A stretch of 63,978 nucleotides of DNA, filler included, from Choristocarpus tenellus KU-1152 (Eukaryota; Protista; Phaeophyceae), in NCBI GenBank assembly GCA_964200185.2. It is 10 parts of 10 records of this genome, joined end to end, with 100 filler letters (N's around TTAATTAATTAA, not from the genome) between each part and the next. Parts side by side here need not be neighbours in the genome. Positions count along the whole stretch, not along the records: positions 19,428 to 26,262 come from CAXNAD020007246.1; positions 26,363 to 32,903 come from CAXNAD020007901.1; positions 33,004 to 39,927 come from CAXNAD020007049.1; 7 more parts are not named here. One strand, given 5' to 3'. The notes below the pieces were generated by a model. It saw nothing but the letters and a program-made list of their open reading frames with translations. It made no database searches and was not told where the DNA came from. Below are positions 24,726 through 37,075 of the stretch, in pieces (position 1 is the stretch's first letter; each line of letters opens with the position of its first letter). Made by a program: the position numbers and the translations under genes.

Positions 24726-25520
24726 TGTGTTCCGTTTATACTACATTTCTCGAGTCCTCCGTTACTCCCAACGGCACCACCTATACCCATACAGTGTCTG
24801 AACATAGGCTCTCTTCTTCCACTATAAGTAATACTGCCCTAATGTAAAACCATAGATATATATATATATACATACATATTCCGAGCGGTAGGTTTTTTTC
24901 TCAGCAATGGGAGAAAATTCTCATCCCACTCCAACAATCTTACAGTACCTGTAATAGGTCCATATCATGTGTTACCAATCGAAATCCAATGTTATGGTTA
25001 ATACCACTACATATCCCTTGCCCTCAGCTTTCGCCACATTTGTCCCTTTATATCTGAATGATGAGCAAGAATGGCAGAGATTCTGTCCATATGGCCCACT
25101 GATGAACTCACCCCACAGAACCCCAGGACAGATACAGCAGTACCTGTTAGAGCACGCTCTAGAAGCTTGCCTCCACAGGATGTATAGCTCCAATCCACAA
25201 GCCTAAGGAAGATGCTGATGCTCGTCGTGCAAGCCTCTCAGGAACTTTCAGCAGCCCAGGTAATCCAACGCGCATTATTAGGACAGGGGTACTTCTCCAA
25301 AACCTAGTGACGAGGGTTCAAATCCTTCAGAGCGTGTTTAAATAAAATAGTATTAATTAAGAAATATATTATTATTGTTTATAAAATTTTTACTTTTCAA
25401 TAATAATAAAAAGCAAAATCTATGATAAAAACGTAACTAACTTTCTTTCAAAGTCAGTGTGTAAATGACATCAAACAAGAGAAGTGTCTTAGGAGGGCTG
25501 TTTATTAAGCAGCGCTCTTT

Positions 25521-25779
25521 AAGTCAAAGTATCTTAGAGGGTAGGGCCGCGTCCATTCGGGGGCCGAAATCCAATGTTGCGATTTCCATGTCATTTTATC
25601 GGTCGTATTTGTTAGGAAGTGTCAGTATCCTTGTTCCGGACAAACCATTTCATAACATATACATATTACCTACTCCGGAACATTTCGGAGCAGGAAAAAT
25701 ATCACAAAAACCCCATGGGAAGCCAAGCCCCAAATGGACAAACAGGGCAAAACCCGTACCCTCTAAGATACTTTCACTC
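25521..25779 (-). mobile_element. MITE family A copy (259 bp), perfect TSD
   Basis: CTTT|AAGTCAAAGTATCTTAGAGGGTA ... TACCCTCTAAGATACTTTCACTC|CTTT. Confidence 0.95.
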
Positions 25780-25854
25780 CTTTATTTCTTTTAATTATCA
25801 TCTGCATTTTATTTGTTTTGGCTAACAGAAGTTGGAATACACATCTGAAAACCG

Positions 25855-26005
25855 TTGCAACATTCCCAGGTTGCAAATCTTACTCTACAACCTTTAGCAA
25901 ATCGGAGTTTCTCTTGAAAAGGTCTCCCACACGTGTGTAGTGTGTATACTGCTCGCGGTTGTAAGGACGCGGAAAGAAATATTCTCGCTACTCGTCTGTA
26001 TCACA
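25855..26005 (+). mobile_element. Remnant of the 5' non-coding end of a pogo/Tigger-like element
   Basis: Aligns to 61309-61445 (GCAAATCGGAGTT...GTATACTGCTCGCG...CGCGG(A/G)AAGAAATA), which precedes an HTH_psq-like ORF start. Confidence 0.55.
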
Positions 26006-26211
26006 CTGACTTCCCGCAACCGTGATTATCAGGACCGAGCTACAGTGGAAGGAGTATTTGGTTTGATATTCAGTGAGAAGAGTGGAGCGGAGGATAATTT
26101 AACCCTTCGACATAGGGCAATTGGTACTCTAAGGATGCACAATGGGAAAAAAAAGAGAAGTACTGAGGATACCCGGCGCGTCTGGTAGCTAAAGGTTTTC
26201 ATCAGATTTTA

Positions 26212-26262
26212 GGGTCAAAGTATCTTAGGGGGGGGGGGTTGTGTCGTCAAGAGGTATACCTC
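26212..26262 (+). mobile_element. Family B left TIR, truncated by contig end
   Basis: GGGTCAAAGTATCTTA followed by a G-run. Confidence 0.8.
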
Positions 26263-26362
26263 NNNNNNNNNNNNNNNNNNNNNNNNNNNNNNNNNNNNNN
26301 NNNNNNTTAATTAATTAANNNNNNNNNNNNNNNNNNNNNNNNNNNNNNNNNNNNNNNNNNNN

Positions 26363-26381
26363 CCCCCAGATACTTTGACCC
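26363..26381 (-). mobile_element. Family B right TIR at contig start
   Basis: CCCCCAGATACTTTGACCC. Confidence 0.8.
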
Positions 26382-29300
26382 ATGAGTATCAAGCAGAGAC
26401 AGTAACCCACCTCCAAGCTGTGGAGAAGAAGTCAAGAAGCACAAAGCCATGAGTAGTCAACGTCTTGTGTGTGTCTGTGCCATGTTTGCTTGTTCAAGAA
26501 TGTTGTGTAGAAGTGGATGCAGTGCAGTGAGGTATGCCTGCCCACAATTAGTCGGTCATCGTTATTCTTTTTGATGTTTTCGAAAGTAGATAGAGGTTAT
26601 TATTTCCTGTCTGAACATCTTCTGCTGTTTCTCATTATTCCTCTTGTGGTTTGTGTCTTCCTCATTCTCATGCGCCTTACTATAATTGTGTTTATGTTTA
26701 TTCTTACTATCAAGGTATGTGTTGACTGGTTGGGGTTTTGGACCTTTGCAGGCAGTTTACAATACCCCTCCCCTGCTATTAGTATGTCTCCACGAAGATT
26801 TGTATATTTGGATCAGATTTTTTGGGGACCTGCATTGAAAATGATATTTTCGACATCACTGAAAACTGAATTGCAATAACTTGCAGTGTGTAGACCTGCA
26901 CCTATTATTGGAAGCATCGGCACATATATATATATATATATATGCTTCCACTCTATATTTATCTGGTGCTGGTGCTTGTGCTATGTATTGTTGATGTGCA
27001 GGGTAGTTTCTGGCCAAGTTCGGGTTATGTCTTTAGGATACCCCAGGTGTTTCTATTTCCCTAGATGCAATGCCTTCCAAGGGGGATAATACCCTCTGTG
27101 ATACATGACCATGGAAGCTTATGAAACACACATAATTGTCTACACAGTATTCACAGGGATATATATATATACCGTATGTAACCATATCTACGAACATGGC
27201 GATTTAGAAGGGTTCACCCGGCTTCCAAAAACGGATGTGTACATTTGTGAATTGATACCAAAACACAAAGCATAGGGCAATGGACCAGAAATGTGCAGCC
27301 AGTTTCCTTCTACTGCTGCTGTTTGATCGGTTGTCTCATCCCCTTGATTTGCTTGTTTCAGGAAGTACTGATGACATAGGGGCTAGTGCTCTGATGTGAT
27401 CTTTTTGATCGTCTGACTAATTTGTTGCTTTCAATACATGTGGAGATGGCGGCTTGTTCAGACCGTGCGGTATTTACCTGGCCTTTACACAGATATTGGA
27501 AGTAGGAGGTAAATATTAATTTGGGTAATGTTGTGGATTGTGATGTTTGAATTGACCTGGTTGATTTAAAATGAGGAATTAAACGTATTATGATTGAAAA
27601 GAGGTTAGATTGTTTATTTTTCTTCATTTACACACACATGAGACACTTCTCACCACAAGGCTAAGTATTTCCATTACTACAAATTCTCGTGAATGTTGTG
27701 GAGGTTTTGGATTCAGATACTCTAAGTATCCATCTGCTGAATATGCCCCTACACACTATGGGAACGAGGTGAAGGAAGCAGGGTCTGAGACATATCTTGC
27801 ACACTAACAAAGAAAGACTCGTATAGTGTACATGATGGCAAGGCTACCTTTGGTGGCTATACGAAACGTCCATGTGAAGAACAGTGACTTTGCCAGCAAC
27901 GAGATCAAGATAGGATGCCTTTAGATCCCTATCGTAAAATACTATATATAAACCACCTCCAGCTCTCTATGGCTAAGCATAGATCTTTTATTAACTGTTC
28001 AGACCTTATTAAGAATAGAGACAAGGAATGGGAACCATATACTCCACATGTGGATCATATATGAAATCTACATGAACAATGATATGGAGCCTTTGTCAGT
28101 GCCAGATGGGAGGCTCGAGATTCAACACAAAGCCCTGGAAGCGACCTACATTGCCCAATGCCTGGGCACAAGGAAGCGTTTCAGGAGTTGAAGAGAACCA
28201 AGAAGGGAGAAGAGGTACTGTGGTTGAGCTCTTACCAGCGTGTGGACATTTTTTTAAAGCATAGGCACCGCATTGAGCTTCCCTCCTCCTGAGTTACTTC
28301 ATGGTAGTGGATTGCCAGTCACGTTCGCTTACAGCCCATTCTTTCACATTTTTCTGACTTGTGTTAATCTTTGCATTGTTGCTATCGCATTTGCATGTGG
28401 ACCTTGCTGCTTCCCACTTCATTTCTGTGCCATGTCCTGTTGTACGCTAGAGTGAACACCTCAGGGCCTTTCCTCTACTATCTGGATGCAGTGGTTGCGA
28501 GCATCTACTTAAAGAAGGTGATCCGTGATCTCCATAGAGGGGCAATGAAACATGATCGCTACTGAGTCCTTGAGCTGTCAAGGAAGATCTCCAGTCCAAA
28601 GTTGAGGAAAATTTTGGTGACCAAGATACTGCTGTGATCACTGATGATTGGATTGTGGTGGTGGAAGCAACAGTGAAGGAAAACATGGAGCAGTCAGCAT
28701 AAATGCAAGTTGTTTCCTTCTAGCTGGAAATATAATTGGAGTGGATGGTGGGAGATACAGCTTCTATGACCTGCTGAAGTGGTAGTGAGAGAGGGGCTTT
28801 ATTCTTTGCAAGTTTGACTGAACTTGCCCGCAGTGTTTTGTTTGGTTATTTTTGTGTCTCAGGTAGACTCATAGTGTTGTTCACTTCATCTCTGGGAGTT
28901 CAGTAACAGTTATATGGACCAAGCTGTAATGCGACTATATGCAGTTTCTCATCTCCTTGCACAGCAGCTGACTGAAGGTGGTCAGGCTGTGAAGGATGCG
29001 AAATATGTCAAGGGGGCAGCTGCCACCAGAATACTGGAGAAATCCAGTCAATGCAGCAGTGTATATATAGATAGTCTCGGTTATATTTTCCAGTACTTGG
29101 GATCCATTGTGTTAGTACTCTCTACCTCTAGATGGTATACTGTATATTTATTTCTTGTTCCTTATTTCTTCAGTATTGACATGTGTAATCTGCTAGACTT
29201 CGTTTTATAGAGAGGTAGGTGCTCTTTGAACGTGTCGCTTATTTCACATTGAGTTGCAACCAAAGCAGACCCTGTTATTTGTTGCGCTTCCTATGCATAT

Positions 29301-30539
29301 CATGTAATTAAATACCTTATTATCCTGAGTAATCGAAAGGATTTTGGTGTGTACTTAAAATATATCTGAAATAGTTGTAGTTGATGATATTTCCAGTTCG
29401 CAACCCCTCATCCACAGCATATTCTTCAGGCTTTCTTGACCAAAGTGTGAGTTAAGTTCTCCTTTGAGATATGTCAGGAGATGATGCTTAGTGGTAGTGG
29501 AGAAAGAGAACACAAAGTAATTTTTTCGTAATTCTGGAAAGGTGAGCCCTTCATCATGTGGAGTACCTTTTACCCCTTCCCACTCCTTGGTTTACCCATC
29601 TTCCCTTATATAGGCGAATACACAGTTTGATTCAATATAGTTAATCGAATCCTTACATCCCGATTAGTAATTTTTTACGATTTTCGATTCAAAACAATAT
29701 TTTGAGGGTGAATGTTATTGGAATTATGTTGACCGTTTCACCTATATTATTATTTTATGTTCATAAATCGAAGCATAATTTTTCATATTGTATCTTACCC
29801 AGCTCGTAACTTCAGCACCGCCTGATGTGGGGGTCGAAACTTGTTGGAACATTTTTAGGGAACGAAAGACTACTTCTATCTAGGTCACACTGATAGCTCT
29901 CCACGGCTTTCGCTACACCTCGCAACTAGACTGCACCATACTGCCGTCTACTGTTGACCATCCAGTCCAAGGTGCCAGGAGGAGGGCACTGACGGCCCTG
30001 GGAGGTTGTGGAGGGGCCTGGGCTCCTTCTTGGAGGGCACTCAGCAAGAGGCAGAAAGGCAGCCTAACTTCGGTAAGGAATTTAGTCACTTTTCCTGAAC
30101 TTGCTCCCAAGAAGCAGTAGATTCTTGAGGGAATATTGCATTTTTGGTGGTAGTAGGAGATTGTCTGATACGAGTAGGACTGGGGTGCTGCACTCCTTGT
30201 CCACGTGCCTCCTTTGGAAGGACCTGGGCAGATAAAAAGCTTATCGCTTCCGACGCACGCACTCGGATTCTCTTTCCAATCCTCATAGGGGCAGAAAACT
30301 CGAGCAACTACTGGGATCAGAGTTCCATCGTTTTGACTAGGCACGTAAAATATTCTACCCACCTTTCTCGTTATGGTTGAACCTGCTCTTCCGTCAAACT
30401 TTCGCAATTGGAAGGGAAATATGGGTCCTGTTCAACTTCTTATGTTCGTAGTTATGGTATGGTTGGTAATCAGTACTCGACTCCATACCTTACGCTCGTT
30501 CCTGTTCGGACGTACTTGCTTAACTCGACACATGCTGAT

Positions 30540-31100
30540 CCTTACCCTTCTTGCAGGGTCACATACCAGACCGGTGACTGGGCCGTAGGCGCCCAGTTGT
30601 ACCAGCCCTGGCCTAACTTGCATACCCCACTACAGAGAAGTGGCGGAATGTCGGGCGAGTATGCCGAGTCACAACCGACAACATCGTTAGGTGGCAACCT
30701 GGAAAGTGCTCCGGTTCAAACTGTCAGAGAGGTGAGCTTTGTGACCGTCGTCAGCCTCACCCTCTGCGCATTCACCATTAGCCCCATAGCTTCAACTTGG
30801 GAATTCTATAGACTAGAGAAACATGTTTCCACGCACCAAGGCTCTCTCTCATCTGCTCCAGTGTCATAGCCCTTTCCACTATGCTCTTCTTTCTCAGGAG
30901 CTTTCTAGCAAGTCTGTGAAGGGACTTGCCCCAGCGCCGAATGGAAAAACACCAACACCCCTGCCGATTAGCGCCAGGATGACGACTGTGGCTGATCCCA
31001 AGGTACCGCCATCCAGAAAACCTGCTCAGTAGAGCAAATATTCTACAGCTTGCATGCACTTCATTTCACAGAAGACGATCTGCTTCGCGCGTAGGTCAAA
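30540..31100 (-). mobile_element. Degraded 3' end of a LINE (RTE-like) ORF
   Basis: Fragments IRRWGKSLHRLARKLL and GWYNWAPTAQSPVWYVTLQEG resemble the post-RT tail of RTE-type LINEs (recalled, not searched); multiple stops and frameshifts. Confidence 0.3.
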
Positions 31101-31633
31101 CTTGGTGTTTCTACTCTTTTTCACCCTGTGTAGCACCACATCGCACTACCCCTTACCGAGAACACGTCCCAACGTGTTAATCAACTATTCAGTGCCATCA
31201 TCCAGGGTGCGAAGGAGACACTATCAGAGCTCATCTTTCTTCGATCCAAACTTGCCATTTTTGCTCTGCTTGTGTTACCAGCAATGAGGCAGTAATGACT
31301 TGTCGAGTGATGTGATACTTACCCGTCCAGTGGTTCATGTATTCCTTGCTATGTTGTGTTGGTCACTCTTTCCGGCAAAGTGTATTGTGCTTTGTGACTC
31401 TCACGCCTTGTGTATGATTGCATCTTCGATGCAGAGTTTCTCTGAACAACGACCTCACCAACCGTACTACTCTGCCGGTGGCCTAGTCAATAAGTCGCGG
31501 TAAATCGGTACATTTTTGATCAACCATGAGATCACTCAAGTCTCGCGTTTTTCTTCCGTCCCAAGGTTTTCCATGAACCCCTGCCCCTTCCTCCACTGCT
31601 CCCTCATAACTCACAACGTGTGCTGTTATCTAG

Positions 31634-32701
31634 GTTGTAACAGTAGAGGACACTGTGGACAATTCGAAGGGTCCTATTACCACTGAAGATGCCACCCTCT
31701 CAGCAGCTCAAGAAAAGGTTGGCACCACCAACACTTACGTACAGGCTGCTCTCATTGACGCAAACCCAACGCCACGACCGAACCCTGTGGACACATCAGA
31801 GACTGAATACACTGGAGGTAAAGAGGCAGCAGCAGTTGCAACCACAGGTGGCTCCCAAGAGGTCATCGGAAGTGGAGGTAATAACAACCTTTCAGCTACA
31901 ACGACTGCTGGTGCTATTCAAGGAGATGCAGTGATAGCTGAGGAAGGGGGAAAGGTGATCGGGCAGGAAGGAGTTGCCGCGGGGGAAGCTGTTGCAGCAG
32001 AGGGGAAAGAAATAGGCAAGGCTGGTCCTTCGGTTGCGGTAACGGCAGAGGGGAGTTCAGGATCAGGGGAAGGCGCCGCCGTGGAAGAGGGGGAGGTGAA
32101 CGATTTGGCCTTTCTTCCCTCCTCCCAAGTAGTAATATAGGAAGCAGATGTTGAAGTGCGCAACTTTTTTTTGGCACACCCTTGCTGCAGATTGGGGGTA
32201 TGGGTACGATGCATGTGTTTGGGAGAGTATAATTTGTTGAACGTGGAAATTCTTCCTTGCTTGCTCTGGTGCAGAGTTTTTGCTCTTCATGTCTGTCACA
32301 TGGCTTTGGTAGGTATGTGCCAGGTGCATGACAGTGTTTGATGTGCGGTGTGAGTGTGTGACACTGTGTAGGCTTGCTACGTCAAGCTGCATTTGAAGCC
32401 ATGGATTATTTTGAAGCAATCCCCACCCTTCTTCCCCCCTTTAGATCTTCCAAAGCTTTGGTGTCAACAAGCCAATGCGATCTCTTTCTGCCTGGACCCC
32501 CCACACCCTCCCCTCTCCCCTCCTTGCCATTGCCACCGACCCCCCTGCTCTTGTTGCAAAATTCCAACATTATCTTAGGCATCGACTGGAGACCTTAAAG
32601 ACGAGCCTGTGACACCTGAAGAGTGCAACCTCTTTGTAGGGGATCTGGCCAGGAATCTGACGGAGGAGAAGCTCGAGAAGGCGTTTGCAGAATATGGCAG
32701 G
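31634..32701 (+). CDS. RRM RNA-binding protein, partial (two exons; rest lost at contig end)
   Basis: Exon 31634-32095 (Ala/Gly/Glu-rich; ctag| ... GAG|gtgaac) splices in phase 0 to exon 32579-32701 (cttag| ... AGG|gtgagg) encoding CNLFVGDLARNLTEEKLEKAFAEYGR, an RNP2 motif plus helix 1. Start exon not identified. Confidence 0.8.
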
Positions 32702-33003
32702 GTGAGGAGGAGATTCATTGCCTTCTCACACCCAACGTCCCTACACCCGTTGAGTGAGGCGTGTCCTTGGGTACTCTGGAGACAAGAGCATCCCGTTTGG
32801 GAGTTGATACCGTATGGAATAGGCGGGGGGGGGGGGGGGGACCAATTTGTGTGTTTTAACTTTTGACTTGGGGGGGGTTGCCTTTGTCCCCCCCTGAGGG
32901 TCTNNNNNNNNNNNNNNNNNNNNNNNNNNNNNNNNNNNNNNNNNNNNTTAATTAATTAANNNNNNNNNNNNNNNNNNNNNNNNNNNNNNNNNNNNNNNNN
33001 NNN

Positions 33004-33024
33004 CCCCCCCAGATATTTTGACCC
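33004..33024 (-). mobile_element. Family B right TIR at contig start
   Basis: CCCCCCCAGATATTTTGACCC. Confidence 0.75.
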
Positions 33025-33100
33025 TCAAGTTGTCTTCAGTTGTCTCAAGCTGTCTCAAGTTGTCTTAAGCTGTCTTCAATTGTCTCAAGCTGTCTCAAGT
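33025..33100. repeat. 10-bp tandem repeat (TCAAG(C/T)TGTC)
   Basis: About 7 imperfect units. Confidence 0.85.
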
Positions 33101-33177
33101 CCGACAACAAAAAGATGTTGCAATGGTTTTTTCCCAAGATGTCCAACACCCTAACCCTAAATTGATGAGTTGAAATC

Positions 33178-33335
33178 AATAGGTTATTTTCTCATATATA
33201 ATCATAGGATATTTTCTCACATATAATCCATAGGTTATTTTCTCACATATAATCCATAGGTTATTTTCTCACATATAATCCGTAGGATATTTTCTCACAT
33301 ATAATCCATAGGATATTTTCTCACATATAATCCAT
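33178..33335. repeat. 26-bp minisatellite, about 6 copies
   Basis: CATAGG(T/A)TATTTTCTCACATATAATC. Confidence 0.93.
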
Positions 33336-33989
33336 GCACTGTACGGTCTCCTGAAATAATCCTCATGGCATCTTGTTTTGGTTCTAATTTTCCAGTGAGT
33401 CCATTCACATCGAGACCTTCTGGGCGTAGTGTTTACTTTGGCTAACCCTGTTCATTCACAATCACTATTGTTACACCTATGCTGTAATTATTTCATTTTA
33501 TTTTGATCAATCCTTTTGATTCACAAACACCATTATCAATCCTTTCAATTCACAAACACCATTATCATATGTATCCTGTTATTGCCCGTAAGACTAGTCC
33601 CAGTCGTGTTTCATGTCTCACATCTCACTATTTCTATCCTGAAGGGAATGCGTTACTTGTATCCTCAAAATCTATCCAACTTTTTTTTCTGTTGGTCATA
33701 AGAAAAATCGGAACAGAATTGGGGAGTTGTAATGCGATGAAGCATGCACTTTTCCCTAACCCTAACCCTAACCTGTGTAAGGTGTACTGACACCCTTTGT
33801 AGCAGTATTATAAGTGACTGTTATTGTTGCTTTAATGGTCTCATTAGCTAAACATATATATATGCAACATTTGGGTTTATGACACAGATTACAGCCCTCG
33901 TCTAAGAGATGACTAGAATAAATCAATGAGACCTGTGTCTGAGAGACCTTAGTGATTGTCTCTCTCTGCACTTTGCTACAAGTATACAC

Positions 33990-34123
33990 GTATGCTATCT
34001 GAGGGAATGAAAAGGCTGCATCCTACCCAAGAGGTGTCTGTCCTATCAGTATGCTATCTGAGGGAATGAAAAGGCTGCATCCTACCCAAGAGGTGTCTGT
34101 CCTATCAGTATGCTATCTGAGGG
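33990..34123. repeat. 59-bp tandem repeat, about 2.3 copies
   Basis: GTATGCTATCTGAGGG at 33990, 34049 and 34108. Confidence 0.93.
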
Positions 34124-34477
34124 TCATTGCCGAACTCACTAATTCGTCCTTCAGATTATGATATTTCAGTACTAATATTTTGAGGATATTTCCCCCAGAT
34201 GATACTGATGAGGAGGAAGTATAAGATAGGCACCCAATTTTTACCTTTCTGCATTTTAATATATTTTCAATCTTTTGCAATTCACTCATATATCCGTAGA
34301 TTACGGTCCAAGTTTGACTTAGGGTTAGGGTTATTTCTCTATTGTATGAAACGGTTCCGACACAAATAAAAGATGTCCTAACCGCATTTGTGAAAAGTTC
34401 CGAATTTTGAACTTCCTTGTCGGCATGTTTAGAATGGGTTAGGGTTAGGGTTAGGGTACCTTTCGTTTACTTTGACT

Positions 34478-35197
34478 CTAATACATGTTTTGTCTCATAT
34501 ATGTTTTATCTCATACATGTTTTATCTCAAATATGTTTGATCTAATACATCTTTTATCTCATATATGTTTCATCTCATATATGTTTTATCTAATACATGT
34601 TTTATCTCATACATGTTTGATCTAATACATATTTTCTCTCATATATGTTTGATCTAATACATGTTTTGTCTCAAATATGTTTTATCTAATACATCTTTTT
34701 GTCTCATACATGTTTTATCTCATATATGTTTTATCTCATACATGTTTTATCTAATACATGTTTTGTCTCATATATGTTTTATCTAATACATCTTTTATCT
34801 CATATATGTTTCATCTCATACATCTTTTATCTAATACATCTTTTATCTCATACATCTTTTATCTAATACATGTTTTGTCTCATATATGTTTTATCTAATA
34901 ATGTTTTATCTAATACATGTTTTGTCTCATATATGTTTTATCTAATAATGTTTTATCTCATACATGTTTGATCTAATACATGTTTTATCTCATACATGTT
35001 TGATCTAATACATGTTTTATCTCATACATGTTTGATCTAATACATGTTTTATCTCATATATGTTTCATCTCATATATGTTTTATCTCATACATGTTTTAT
35101 CTAATACATGTTTTCTCTCATATATGTTTGAACTAATACATGTTTTATCTCAAATATGTTTTATCTAATACATGTTTTATCTCATACATGTTTTATC
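34478..35197. repeat. 16-bp minisatellite, roughly 45 units
   Basis: ATCT(C/A)ATA(C/T)ATGTTTT with interspersed variants. Confidence 0.95.
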
Positions 35198-35547
35198 CAG
35201 GTAAGAAAAAATAACCCTGTCTTGCTCGTTCCAAGTGGCTGTTGAAATAGTTGAATAGGGTTAGGGTTAGGGTGGTGTGTGGTGTGAACTTAATGTAGTA
35301 TTCACATGTTTACGATAATACATGTTTTACATTTCTTCATTGTGGCTGTAGAATCCGTCTGCCTGCCTGTCTGTATGTTTTCCTTTTTTAAAATAACAAA
35401 GGTTGTTATCAGCATTATAGATTGTTAAGGTTAGGGTTAGGGTTACGGTCAGGGTTTAGTTCTTTTCTTTGTCTGGGGGGCTACTTGAAAATTTGAGCAA
35501 AGTGACAGCAGTCACTGCAAAAAATTGTGTAACAATTAGTGCTGTGA

Positions 35548-35688
35548 ATTGAAAGTTATTGATTGTTTATGAAGTTAAGGGTTAGGGTTAGGGTATTGAA
35601 AGTTATTGATCGTTTATGAATTTAAGGGTTAGGGTTAGGGTATTGAAAGTTATTGATCGTTTATGAATTTAAGGGTTAGGGTTAGGGT
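35548..35688. repeat. ~47-bp tandem repeat x3, each unit containing TTAGGG repeats
   Basis: ATTGAAAGTTATTGATCGTTTATGAATTTAAGGGTTAGGGTTAGGGT. Confidence 0.93.
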
Positions 35689-37075
35689 CAGGACAAAACA
35701 AATTGGTGTAACAGATTGTAGTTGATGAATATTTCATGAATATTTCATTAAGTGTTGGCTCTTGCCGGACCCATTTGGTAAACCATGCAGTTGAAAAGTA
35801 AGTGTGGTCCAATATCCAGTTGAAAAACTCTTTTCATGCTCCCTCTCAGCAACTCACAGAATGCTACTGAACAGTAAACGATGCACTTTGAGGTTAATTG
35901 GCTATGTAGTGCCCAGAGCTTCCTACCTACAATAAGAAATGTTACAGTAGTCTGTTGATTGTTATTAATATTATTTCAAATACACTGTTAATGCAGTGTA
36001 TTAATATGAACAGTCATGGTAGTGGTAAGAGGCATTGATGTTGCTGGAACCGCTTTGTACTGGTTCTGCACTGGTTCTGCACTGGTTCTGCACTGGTTCT
36101 GACTCCCCTTTTACAAGTATTTCTACTATTGGGATCAAGATACTACATACACTCTGTATTAGAGGAGGAGTAAGAGGTGACACACATAAAACATAAAAAC
36201 GATTGTTTCCTTGTGCGTGTGAATATGTGTAGTGTGTCACCTACTATAGTAGTAAGTGAAAGGTGTAGTGTGTACTAAAAGTAGTACTCAAGGTTAAAAA
36301 TTGAGTTGAATTATCCTACACATAAAGTACCTTATCTCAGGGTATCTATCCCAGTTGTTTGGGTATAGAAGTAATGGGTTAGGTTTAGGGATTGAGAATC
36401 ACCAGGTAGGAAATGTTATTGCTATGGTACTGGATGATTCTATCCATTGCGAGCGAACCAACTGGTGGTGTGAGTAGCAGATAATTGCATTGATTAGCTT
36501 TTGGCAGGACTGCTTGGGTGACAATCACTAACCCTAACCGTAAGTAGAGATTGTGGTACAGTTGTAAGATCTGCAAGGGATCGTGCCAAGACTGCTGGCA
36601 ATTAATTACCTCTGACATTATCTGTGTTCCATGCTTAGGTTGGAGGCGTGTTGTAAGCCTGCTGTTCCTCTCTATGGTCAGTATATTGAGGATCAAACAA
36701 ATTTGTACAACAACAGTTTATTTTTACTTAGGGTTAGGGTAGCATGGGCAGTTTGTTTCGTGTTATCATGACTACAGTACAGACAGACTATAGTACAGAC
36801 AGACTATAGACTGCATCAGCACTTCTTCGACAATCAGTTCTCTTGGCATCAGTTTCCAATGACTGAAGTAATATTAGAAATGATAATATAACATTACAAC
36901 AATGAAAATGGTGGCATATGTAGTATTTCTAACCCTAGCCCTAACCCTAACATGCATCTCAGGGGTGGTGCTCGGTTAGATTAATTTTTCATTTTCAAAG
37001 CTTGCCAATAACTCACAAAGTATATGTATTTACATTTTTTTTTTCTATTCTTGTATCTTGTGACATCAATAACAG

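Noticed and set aside
29913-30623. Minus-strand ORFs as a possible tyrosine recombinase (FCP...LFI pattern)
   Set aside because: No R-H-R-H-Y catalytic set can be found; the adjacent sequence looks more like a LINE tail.
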